Assembly: GCA_043228905.1 (NCBI GenBank)
Contig: JBHGNT010000002.1
Span: 23,250,001 to 23,314,000, forward strand
Length of the DNA: 64,000 bases
Reading direction: 5' to 3'
Source of the DNA: Azolla caroliniana
Taxonomy: Eukaryota > Plantae > Polypodiophyta
Within the stretch, counting starts at the first letter, position 1. The number at the start of each line of letters is the position of its first letter. The notes beneath the pieces are model-generated. The model was not told the DNA's origin, did no database searches, and was given only the letters and a program-made list of their open reading frames with translations. Shown here one piece after another: positions 1 through 9,400 of the stretch. A program made the position numbers and the translations under genes.

Positions 1-40
1 ATACGCCAAGAGAGTTGGGACGGAGAAAACCGGCCCGTCT

Positions 41-3000
41 TCATTCCTCGCCCGTCGGTTCTTCCTCGTTTTCGGATCGTTCGTCACTGCTGACTAGGAG
101 AGCCGGGTCCAGCTCGTCGTCATGTCGCTTCTTGAACGCTTTGATCCGCTTCCCTGCAACCGGTATCGCCATTCTCGTGCCGTCGAGTTCCGCCAGGTGA
201 TATGTCCCGTTGCCATTGGCGCTCCGTACCGCGTAAGGCCCAAACCACCTTCGTGCGAACTTCCGTGTAGCTCGGTGCTGGTTGTCGAGGCTGCTGTCGT
301 AGACGAGCACCCAGTCACCTTCTTCGATCTTCTTCGGTCGGAGCCGGTGCGTTCGGTCGAACCTGGCTTTGTTCTTTGCCCTCGCCACCCGGAGCCTCTC
401 CGTAGCCAGTTCCACGTCCTCCGGTCTCCGCTCGAGCTGTCGTATGCGCGCGCCCAACAACTCCTCCCGGCTCATCTCGTCCCGCCAGGCGACCGTTGCC
501 CACGAGGAGATCGTCCGTTCCATCGGCATGACCGGCTTCTGGCCGAACATGAGCTCCGTCGGCATGTACCCGGTTACCGAACTGTGCGTGGTCCGGTCTG
601 CCCATAAGGCATAAGGTAGCAACCGCGGCCAGTTACCGACTTGGCCTCCGCACGCCCGAACCAACGCCTTGACGATCGGCCCGTGTCCGCGCTCCACCTT
701 CCCATTCGCCTCCGGATTGTACGCAGTGGTGAGCGAGAGCTTAACTCCGAGCCGGTCGAACAGCTCCGCGGCTTCTTCGGTGTCCAACTCCCCTCGATCA
801 GCCACGATCTTCCCGACGCACCCGTACCGGCATATCACGTCCTCGATTAGGAACCGACATACGGCCGCGGTTGTTTTGTTCGGGAGGGCTCGGCCTTCCA
901 CCTGGTTCGTCAGATCCTCCCGTGCTAGGACCAGGTACCGCATCTGTCCTACCCCCATTGGCATCGTCACCAGATCTACCATCCATTTGAAGTGAATGGT
1001 CGGAGGGTACGTAGGGTGAAGCTCGTCCCGGTGTCGGACTATGGAGTGCATCTGACAGCTCTCGCAAGTTGTCACGAACCGATGCACGTCCTGGTACTGC
1101 CCCGGCCACCAATACTTCCCCTTCAGTTTCTCAAACGTAGCCCATGTTCCACGGTGTCCAGCCCAAGGGCTGTCGTGGTAGGCCGTCAGCAGCTCCTCCT
1201 GTTCTTCCTTCATCGCCACCACCCGGAGCGGAGCGCCGTCCCTCTTCTTCGGGTGCTTCCATAGATGGCCATCCCGGAGAAAGAATCGGTAAGCTTTCTT
1301 CCGGATCCGGTTGGCCTCGTCTTTCGTCCATGACGCATCCGGCGCCATTGTCCTCAAGAACCCGCCGATCTGCAGCCACTCCCCGTCGTACTTGCTCGCG
1401 TCGAAGTCGTTAAGCGCCGGAGTGCTCGGCCCGCCGGTTGTTACGTATGCTGCCTCGAAGAAGTCCACGCCGACCTCCTCGTCCTCCGAAACCATGGCGC
1501 CCTCGTCATCGAATCTCGCCCTTGAAAGCATGTCGGCCATGGCGTTGTCTTTCCCGGAAATGTGTCGTATTTCCGGGTCCAGGGACTTGATGTACGCTAT
1601 CCACCTGAGCATTGCCAGGTCCGGCGTCGCGCATCCGGAAACCATGCCGAGAATCGGCATGCAATCCGTCTCTATGATTACCTCTGTCCCGATCAGATAG
1701 TCCTTGTCGGCCTTTACCGCCGAAACGATACCCCAGAGTTCGCGTTTAACCTGGGCGTATCCCCGTTGCCGCTCACTGAGGACCTTCGCGCCGAATCGGA
1801 TTGGAAACCGATTGCCGTCCCCGTCTTCTTGGTTGACGACCCACCCGATTCCGGTCGGACTCGTGTCAACCGTTATGTACACTGGGGTGCCCTTCCTGTA
1901 GACGGCCTTTCGGAGCGCCGGTGCTGCCGAAAGAGCCTCCTTCAGCTTCCGGACCGACTCCGTGTGCTTGTCTAGCCATTCGAATCTTCGCCCTTTCTTC
2001 AATAATCCGTACAGCGGCTCCGCGACGTGCGCGTAATGCGGGATCCATATGTGGTAGAAGGCGCATGCTCCCAAGAATCTTCGTACTTCCGTGACCGAGC
2101 TGCAATCAGGCTTCATCGCGGAGATGGCTTCTATCTTTGCCGGGGACGGTTTCCGGCCATATGGTCCACATAAATGTCCGACCACCATGATTTCCGACTG
2201 CCCGAACGCTGACTTCTCCCCCGAGAAGGTGAGCCTCGCATCCTCTAGCCTTTGCAGCACCTTCTCGCAGTCGTCGATGTGCGTCACCACGAATCGCCGG
2301 CATCCGTCCGGCCCGATCGTCTCGTCCTTCTCTTCTACCGGGCATCCCTTGATCGGGATGTCGTCTAGAAACGGCATGGTGATGTCCGGGATGCAGTCCC
2401 TCAGCACCTTGTTCATTGCATTCACCATGTGGGCCACCGAGTTGGTCCCTCCTTGCGGCAGCGTACACATCCGCACTAGACCGAGGGGAGTTCGCATCGT
2501 CGTAATGTCTCTGCTCTCCACGGCTAGCTGGAACTGGTCGTACCCTGAGTATAGATCACCGACCGAGTAAATCGACCTTCCGGCGAAGGCCTCCGCGAAC
2601 TCGTCTATGGTCGGTCCGATCCCTGCGTTCCGAATGGTCACCCTATTGACTGGTTGCAAGTCCTGAATGAAGCGCAATGATCCGTTTTTCTTTGGTACGG
2701 TAAACCATCGGTTTGAATACGGGGCGCTCGATGGCTCGAGAATGCCCATATCAACTTTCTGCTTCAACAGCTCCATCAACTTCGGGATGTGAGCTCTCGG
2801 AACCAGAATTGGCTTGAGATTCCACGGTACATGCGGCACCGTGAATATCACCATCGGCTCTACGGTCGTCGGGTCTACGCACCCGATTTCCTCCGGCGAG
2901 AATGCGAAGGCTTTCCCGTGCCTTCCGAGCATCCTCCGAAATCGGTCTTCCTCCGCCGGTAGTAGGAACCCGCCCCCACCGATCTTCAGCTCGCGGAGCG

Positions 3001-3523
3001 TCTCGTTGGTGAAGGTGTGTCCTATGCAGGCCGGATCTCGTAAGCTGGGGTCCGATGCACCCCCTTTGATTCGGGATTCGCTGCCCTCCGGTAAGGGCGC
3101 CGCAACTGGCCTCACCTTCCGGTCCACAGTCTTGTACTTGGTGCTAACTCGGGCCGTCCGATCTGACTTGAGCCCCCGACCAAAGTCCGCGATGACTTCG
3201 TACATTTCTTCGGAACATACCGGTATCGTCCGGTCTTCGTTAAGGTCTTCTTCGACTACCTTCCCCAGCATTCCCAAGGTGTCGTCGAAGGAGACCGCCT
3301 CCACGGCGCCACTGATTCCTTCGTCAGGGCCGAGAACTCCGCACGCTCGAAGTCTCCCCTCCGTCTTTGTTTTCTCTCGGCCGGCGATGCCGACCATCGT
3401 ACATGCTCCGCTGTCGGAGAAGCAAATTTTCCTACCTATTGTACACGATTTTATCGTACAGATGTGGGGTTTTCCCGGAGCATCCGGACTGTCGCGGCCC
3501 CACGCCTTGGCAGTCCTCTCTAA
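41..3523 (-). CDS. pol: Element A Pol (RT, RNase H, integrase), probably reached by -1 frameshift from gag-pro
   Basis: ORF 41..3397; I read its frame as open back to 3523. RT motifs KKNGSLRFIQDL, DLYSGYDQ, LPQG, FLDD; RNase H VDTS..GIG and ADMLSR; integrase H-H-C-C and DLV/DRG/E core with a GPY motif. Confidence 0.95.
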   Translation of the reverse strand, partial: LERTAKAWGRDSPDAPGKPHICTIKSCTIGRKICFSDSGACTMVGIAGREKTKTEGRLRACGVLGPDEGISGAVEAVSFDDTLGMLGKVVEEDLNEDRTIPVCSEEMYEVIADFGRGLKSDRTARVSTKYKTVDRKVRPVAAPLPEGSESRIKGGASDPSLRDPACIGHTFTNETLRELKIGGGGFLLPAEEDRFRRMLGRHGKAFAFSPEEIGCVDPTTVEPMVIFTVPHVPWNLKPILVPRAHIPKLMELLKQKVDMGILEPSSAPYSNRWFTVPKKNGSLRFIQDLQPVNRVTIRNAGIGPTIDEFAEAFAGRSIYSVGDLYSGYDQFQLAVESRDITTMRTPLGLVRMCTLPQGGTNSVAHMVNAMNKVLRDCIPDITMPFLDDIPIKGCPVEEKDETIGPDGCRRFVVTHIDDCEKVLQRLEDARLTFSGEKSAFGQSEIMVVGHLCGPYGRKPSPAKIEAISAMKPDCSSVTEVRRFLGACAFYHIWIPHYAHVAEPLYGLLKKGRRFEWLDKHTESVRKLKEALSAAPALRKAVYRKGTPVYITVDTSPTGIGWVVNQEDGDGNRFPIRFGAKVLSERQRGYAQVKRELWGIVSAVKADKDYLIGTEVIIETDCMPILGMVSGCATPDLAMLRWIAYIKSLDPEIRHISGKDNAMADMLSRARFDDEGAMVSEDEEVGVDFFEAAYVTTGGPSTPALNDFDASKYDGEWLQIGGFLRTMAPDASWTKDEANRIRKKAYRFFLRDGHLWKHPKKRDGAPLRVVAMKEEQEELLTAYHDSPWAGHRGTWATFEKLKGKYWWPGQYQDVHRFVTTCESCQMHSIVRHRDELHPTYPPTIHFKWMVDLVTMPMGVGQMRYLVLAREDLTNQVEGRALPNKTTAAVCRFLIEDVICRYGCVGKIVADRGELDTEEAAELFDRLGVKLSLTTAYNPEANGKVERGHGPIVKALVRACGGQVGNWPRLLPYALWADRTTHSSVTGYMPTELMFGQKPVMPMERTISSWATVAWRDEMSREELLGARIRQLERRPEDVELATERLRVARAKNKARFDRTHRLRPKKIEEGDWVLVYDSSLDNQHRATRKFARRWFGPYAVRSANGNGTYHLAELDGTRMAIPVAGKRIKAFKKRHDDELDPALLVSSDERSENEEEPTGEE

Positions 3524-3529
3524 AAATCC
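3464..3529 (-). promoter_or_regulatory. -1 programmed ribosomal frameshift signal (slippery heptamer plus stem-loop/pseudoknot)
   Basis: Minus strand reads G GAT TTT (3529-3523), TAG stop, 6-nt spacer TAGAGA, stem GGACTG/CAGTCC; loop GTGGGG can pair with downstream CCCCAC. Pol is in the -1 frame. Confidence 0.8.
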
Positions 3530-5646
3530 TCTCGGCTTTCGGAACCGAGGGAGTCGCGGTTACGTTCGTGGTTCGGCCGTACCGTCAGAAACTGGACCGA
3601 ATGGCGCCCGTCTTGGCTTTTGACCCTCGCGTAGGCCGAACCATTGTCCAGCACCTTGGTCTCCATCCTCGCCGCCGTGATGTACGGCTCTCCCAGTATG
3701 ACCGGATGCGAAGACGTCTCCTGCACGAAGAAGTGCTGGTCAATCTCGACGTCGCCGATCTTGACTCGCACATTCGGACAGGCCCCGTGCAGTTCCTCGG
3801 TGGCGCGCGTTGCCGCCCTTATTTTCCATCCGTGCTTGGTGTTGATCGGCCATTTGCCCTTCTTATAGAAGTCCATGGACATCAAGTTGATCTCCGATCC
3901 GTGGTCCACCAAAGCTATCACCGGTTCCTGGACATCGCCGATCTTCACCGGGGTTTCCGTGGTTGCTCGGGCCCAGTGTGGTCTCGAATAGTGGCTTTCC
4001 GCCCACTCGTCTCCCAGCGCCATGTCGTCTAGGTGCGTCGTCCGCACTTCCACCGGTCTTTCCGGTTCTGTCTCCGTCGACAGCCTCTTCCGCTTCACTA
4101 AGTCCACGATGGAGTCATGGAACTCCTTCTTGGCGATTCCCAGCACCTCTCGTAACGACAACTCCACCTTGCTGTCGAGGATCCGCTCCTCCAGGACCTT
4201 TCGTAAGTCTGTGGTCCTTTCTATCTCCGTCCCCAGACGGTACCCGCCCTTCTGGGGCTTATCTTGCGTACCGGCCCCGCCGGCTTCGTCCCGTCGTGGC
4301 CCGGACCGGGTCTCGTATCGTTGCGAGGGCCCGGTCGTCCCGGGTTTCCCCACCCGCTTCTCTTCTACCAGAGCCTCGTAGTTCCGGCAAGCGGCTTCCA
4401 CGAAGCCCGTCTTTTCCTCGACCGGGTCGCTCCACCCGGTCATCTCCCGTACCCGTTTCTCCGCACGGTCCGATTCCTCCCCTTTAAGCCCTGCACCGGC
4501 AAGGCCTTCTAGCATCGTCGGCCAGAATCCGGCTTTGCTTTCCTTTCGGGCCTCGCCGCCCCCGACTCGAATGCCGGCCGACGCCGAGTAGTGGACGGTT
4601 TCCGCGTGTCGGGCCGCCGCCTCTTCCATCAACCTTTTCATACCACCTCGCCCGTCGTTTCGGCTCAGGGCCCTTCGGGTGTCGCTGGCATGCACCCGTC
4701 CTTCCCACAGGTACACCACCCTGTTCCTCAGCGCCTCCGCGAAGTCGCCGCAGTCCTTCCGAATGTGGCCGACTTCATCGCACCACATGCACCTGTTTCC
4801 TGCCGCCGGCCGTCGGTCACGAGCCGGTTCGCCTCCTTCCCTTCGGGCCTGCGCGATTTGGAGGTCCTTTATCGCCTTCGTCAATTCCTCCAGCGCCGGT
4901 CCTCCGGTTGAGCCTCTGACTACGCCGGTCGAAGCCGAACCGGTTTCCAACCACTCTCGGGTCTCTTCCTTTCGCACCTGTGGCGCTGGTTCGAGCTTCC
5001 TTGCTGCGACCGAGCCCGACCCGGTTGCCCCGTTATCCGCCCATTCTCGCCGTTTGTCGAAACGGCCACAGACCTTCCTGACAGCCGCCCAGTCGGTAGT
5101 GAGCCCGTCTTCGGTTTCCAGCAAGAGGCCCACTTGCTCCCGATCCCGCTCGTCGACCGACTTGACAAACAGCAAGACCCGGCTCGTGTCCAGGATGGTT
5201 CGGTCGAGCGCCGAAAGGCGCGCAAAGTTTTCCTCGAACTCCCGGAGGAGTGCCGACGCGTTTCTTCCCTTCCCCGGGGATTCCACCCATTCCATGAACC
5301 TTCGCTTCGAAAGCCGGAGCGCATCGTCCAGCCCGTATTTCTCTAGGAGCCGACCTTCGAACTCCTCCCAGGTACGGCTCTCCGCCCGCACCTCGAGCAC
5401 CTCCGCATGGATGCCCGGCATTGCGACTTGGGGAAATCCGGCAAGACGCCTTTCTTCCGGAATGTCCCGCATCAACATTTCCGCACCGTAGGACGCCAGA
5501 TACTTCGTGGCATCCCTCCCGTCGAACCGGCCGATCGTGCCGACGACCGCCTCAATAGCTCTGTCGAGGGCACCGGTGCCCTCGCGCGCGTTTACAATCC
5601 GATCCACGGCCGAAGCCATGGCCTCTGCAAGATCCGACCCCCTCAT
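3520..5646 (-). CDS. gag: Element A Gag-protease polyprotein
   Basis: CCHC knuckle CMWCDEVGHIRKDC and aspartic protease ALVDHGSEIN...VILG. First in-frame ATG is at 5646; the ORF-track GTG at 5673 lies within the PBS. Confidence 0.9.
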   Translation of the reverse strand: MRGSDLAEAMASAVDRIVNAREGTGALDRAIEAVVGTIGRFDGRDATKYLASYGAEMLMRDIPEERRLAGFPQVAMPGIHAEVLEVRAESRTWEEFEGRLLEKYGLDDALRLSKRRFMEWVESPGKGRNASALLREFEENFARLSALDRTILDTSRVLLFVKSVDERDREQVGLLLETEDGLTTDWAAVRKVCGRFDKRREWADNGATGSGSVAARKLEPAPQVRKEETREWLETGSASTGVVRGSTGGPALEELTKAIKDLQIAQARREGGEPARDRRPAAGNRCMWCDEVGHIRKDCGDFAEALRNRVVYLWEGRVHASDTRRALSRNDGRGGMKRLMEEAAARHAETVHYSASAGIRVGGGEARKESKAGFWPTMLEGLAGAGLKGEESDRAEKRVREMTGWSDPVEEKTGFVEAACRNYEALVEEKRVGKPGTTGPSQRYETRSGPRRDEAGGAGTQDKPQKGGYRLGTEIERTTDLRKVLEERILDSKVELSLREVLGIAKKEFHDSIVDLVKRKRLSTETEPERPVEVRTTHLDDMALGDEWAESHYSRPHWARATTETPVKIGDVQEPVIALVDHGSEINLMSMDFYKKGKWPINTKHGWKIRAATRATEELHGACPNVRVKIGDVEIDQHFFVQETSSHPVILGEPYITAARMETKVLDNGSAYARVKSQDGRHSVQFLTVRPNHERNRDSLGSESREDF

Positions 5647-5669
5647 CTTCTGCTCTTCTGCCGCCTCTT

Positions 5670-5686
5670 TCACGTCGGGTTCACCA
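5670..5686 (-). promoter_or_regulatory. Primer binding site, tRNA-Trp type
   Basis: TGGTGAACCCGACGTGA, 4 nt after the LTR's terminal CA. Matches the plant tRNA-Trp 3' end as I recall it (...UCACGUCGGGUUCACCA). Confidence 0.8.
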
Positions 5687-5690
5687 AAGA

Positions 5691-6490
5691 TGTCACGTTG
5701 TTACGCAAGTGCGTGTGGAGTCGAGGCGGGACCGCGGGGGTCTCGAACCAAAGAGCAAGCGAGGGAGGAGAAAGAGAGAGTACCGACTACGCCGGACCGG
5801 GGATACGCAGGGACACGACCCTTCAGCACGGAGAACGCAACAGACACCGACTCAGACAGATGCGAATGACTAAGTATGTATATTAAGAAAATGGCTAACA
5901 CGACTACAACCCTCGATGGGGGACAGGTTGGTTACAACCGAACAGGCCGGCGAACAGATGCCGATGCCTGTTCGCTTCGAAGGACAAAGGGGTAGCAGGT
6001 CGGTCGAAGGTGCTGCCGGAAGCACTCGGGCTTTCCTCGAAACAGCGCGAGCCTCCTCCGAACCCTGCACAGAAAGCTATGGAGCTCAAGAAGCGAGGAA
6101 ACAGAGAGAGAGAGAGAGAAGCGTCCAGAAACGGTCCGATAGCACTTCGTCCTCTCCGCGCCAGGCCTGCAACAGCTCTTTCCTGCTCCTTATATAGGCC
6201 GACGAGCAGGCCGTCATGTCAGCTTTATTCCCTGTCCCTTTTGGACAGGGATCCGCTCCGTCATTCACGCGTCCGCGTAGTTACGCCGCCGACTCGTACC
6301 GTTCCTTCGCTCGCGCGCCCGACCGAAAAGACTGTTCGCGCGGTCTTTGTCTCCACTTGTGTTAGGGCCCGTTCCTGCCGATTATCCTCCTAATTCGCTT
6401 CTATGCACAACTTGGAGCTTGCGCACGTGAAGAACCGGTTCCCACGCCTAGGTGCGCCGATTCCGCCTATGGACGGTTTTCTTCACGACA
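5691..6490 (-). repeat. 5' LTR of element A (800 bp)
   Basis: TGTCGTG...CGTGACA termini on the minus strand, TATA-like CCTATATAAG near 6190, adjacent PBS. The right boundary coincides with the truncation of element B's integrase. Confidence 0.88.
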
Positions 6491-9400
6491 ACGGTCCGAC
6501 AAAATCCAACCCCCACTTCTGGAATGGCTCTAGTGGAAGTACCGGTTGGTGTGGCATCCGTGCTTGCTCCGTAGGCTGGCCCATTCGTTGGCATAGGTCA
6601 CATTCCTTAGCATACTTGACGGCGTCTTTTAACGTCGTGGGCCACCACAAGCCGCTCTGCCATACTTTCCTCGCCGTCGCTTCCCCGGCATAGTGTCCTC
6701 CGGCAACCCCACAGTGTGCTTCCCGTAAGATTACTTCTTTCTCGTCACTTCGGACTGCCCGTCTCCATATTCCATCTGCTCCCTTGTGGTAGAGAGTGTC
6801 CCGTAATAGACAGAAATTGCGGCTCTGCACCGCCAGTCGTTTCCTCTCGTCCCGGTTCATTTCCTCCGGTGGCAAGCCCGTGCTTAGGAACTGGTGCATG
6901 TTTGTCAGCCACCTATCTTCTGATGCCACCGTGTCGTCTGCTGCCGTTTCCGGGGTAATACGGAATAACTCTGCATCCGGGAATTCATCCGCTACTCCGT
7001 CGCCTGCTTCTCCGGACTCTAACCGACTCAAATAGTCCGCTACGGCATGCTGGATACCGGGCCGGTGGAAGATCTCGAATTCGAACTCCTGCAACAGCAA
7101 GGTCCAACGGGCCAACTTACCGGTTAGGGACGCCTTGGACACTAAGTACAGAAGCGCCGAGTGATCCACATGAAAGGAGAACTTCCTTCCCAATAGGTAG
7201 TGCCGAAACTTTGTGACACTGTAGATCATGCCCAGGGCCTCCCGTTCCGTCGTTGAATAGTTCTTCTCCGCTTGGGACAGCTTCCGGCTGGCGTAATATA
7301 CCGGCCGGTACCATTTGGGCTCCGTAAGCTGCATTAAGGCGCTGCCAATAGCGATGTCGGACGCGTCCACGAACACGTGAAATTCCTTGCTCCAATCCGG
7401 AGGCTGCACGACGGGTGCTTGCGATAAAAGTACCTTCAGGGCATTGTATGCCTTATCCTCCGTATCCGTCCATTGGAACGGTGTCCGATGTACCGCGGTG
7501 TGTAATGGTGTAGCCAAGTCCGCCAAGTGACAGAGCATCCGGCTGTGCCACCGGATCTGTCCTAAGAATCGGCTTAGTGCTTTGGCCGTTTTCGGCGCCG
7601 GTGCCCCTAGTATGGCGTTTACTTTGTCCGGGTCGACCGCAATGCCCTCCTTACTTACAATGTGTCCCAGCAATATTCCACTTGAAACTCCAAAGATGCA
7701 TTTTGCTGGGTTTAAGCTTAGCCGGTATAACCTACACTTTTCAAGGCATAACCGTAGGTGCTGCAAATGGTCTTTTCCCCGGCTATAGACTGCAAAATCA
7801 TCCAGGAAAACTTGCATGAAGGCAGGAATGTATTCGTCGAAGATCTCCATGATGATTCGCTGGAAAGTTGCTGGTGCCGTTTTTAGGCCGAACATCATGA
7901 CTTCGGCCACAAACACCCCCCATTCGGTGACGAACGCTGTCTTCTCCTGGTCGTCCGGGTGCATCCGAATTTGATTGTACCCGCTGAACCCGTCTAGAAA
8001 GCTATAAACTTCATGACCGGCGACGGCATCCAGTACTCCGTCCGTGAACGGAAGAGGGAATGCATCCGTAATTGTGGCGGCATTTAGTTTCCTGTAATCT
8101 ACACACACACGGATTTTACCGTTCTTCTTGGGAACGACGACGATGGGGCTCAGCCACGTCGCTTTCTTTACCGGCCGGATGAAGCCCACTCTTAGGAGTT
8201 TGTCGATTTCCTCCTTCACTTTGGCGGCGTAGTTGGGGTTCATTCGGTAACGTCGTTGCGCCACTGGTTTCGCGTCCTTGCCTAAGTGGATCTGATGCTG
8301 ATATAATTGAGGGTCCAGCCCTCGCATGTCCTCGTATGACCAGGCGAATACGTCGCGAAACTCCGTGAGAAGTTTGATCATCGCCGCTTTATCTTCCGGC
8401 TTCATTTCTTTGGCGATGTGAACCGGCTTTGATTCGTCCTTGCTTCCTAGGTTCACTTCGTCGAGCTGGGATGTTTTTACCCGTTGGGAAACGGCCATTT
8501 CCCGTTCCAATGCTTCCTGTGCTTGCCGTAATTCCCGAATCGCATCTTTGTCTGGTTCGGCTTCGGTGTCGTCCCGCTGCGGCAAGTATGGCGCTACGGC
8601 TTCAGCTACGTCAATCTCGAAGAGTGGTACGATCTTCGGGTGTTCCTCCAAGTACTGGGCTTCTTCGTCGTCTGCCAATCCTTCAAGCATGTTCACACAT
8701 TCCGCATACAGCGGTGTGCATTCCTTACCATTGCTTGTCCGTGGTTGTGTCGGAACCCGGACCTTGGCTTTTCCTCGCCGGAAGGTAATCATATTTTTCC
8801 GCCAATTTTGCTTGATGTGTGCTGTTTTCAACCATGGTCTGCCCAGCAGCAGTGGGTACGCGCCTTGCGCCTGTAGCTGCAGCACTACCGCCGAGATGTG
8901 AAATGTGTGGCCTCCTATGGTGACTTCCAATTTCCGTATTAAGCCCGTCGGCCGTACCGAGCTCGTATCCGCCATCCGTAGCCAGAACGGGCATGGCTCC
9001 CATTCATGTATACCCAAGGCATCACACGTACGGAGGCTTATTACGTTCACCCCGGAACCTCCATCGATTACTGTGCCGGGAAGTTCGTGCCCTTTGACAA
9101 TAGCTGTAATCACCGGACTGCTAGTGTCCACTACCGTCGGTCCCTCCTCCGGGTTCGAGAAGAGGACTGGTGCCGGTGGGGCTATGCCGTCTGTCATACC
9201 CGTTTTTAGCCCTTCCGTAAATCGCGGCACGAGCTGCAAGAGTCTTCCTAACGGCAACGTGATCTGACATTCTTGCAGTGCTTGCCATGTCTCGTTTTCT
9301 GGGTGGCTACCGCCGGCACTCCCTATGGTATTTGCCTTTTGCCGTTCCGCGTCCGCGACGTTCTTTTCATTGGCTTCCTTCACCCATTCCGTCGCCTGCT

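Larger units (their letters stand above)
1..6490 (-). mobile_element. Young Ty3/gypsy LTR retrotransposon (element A); 3' end runs off the left edge
   Basis: 5' LTR 5691-6490, PBS 5670-5686, gag-pro ORF, then pol ORF in RT-RNaseH-IN order. GC- and CpG-rich with uninterrupted ORFs. Confidence 0.95.
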
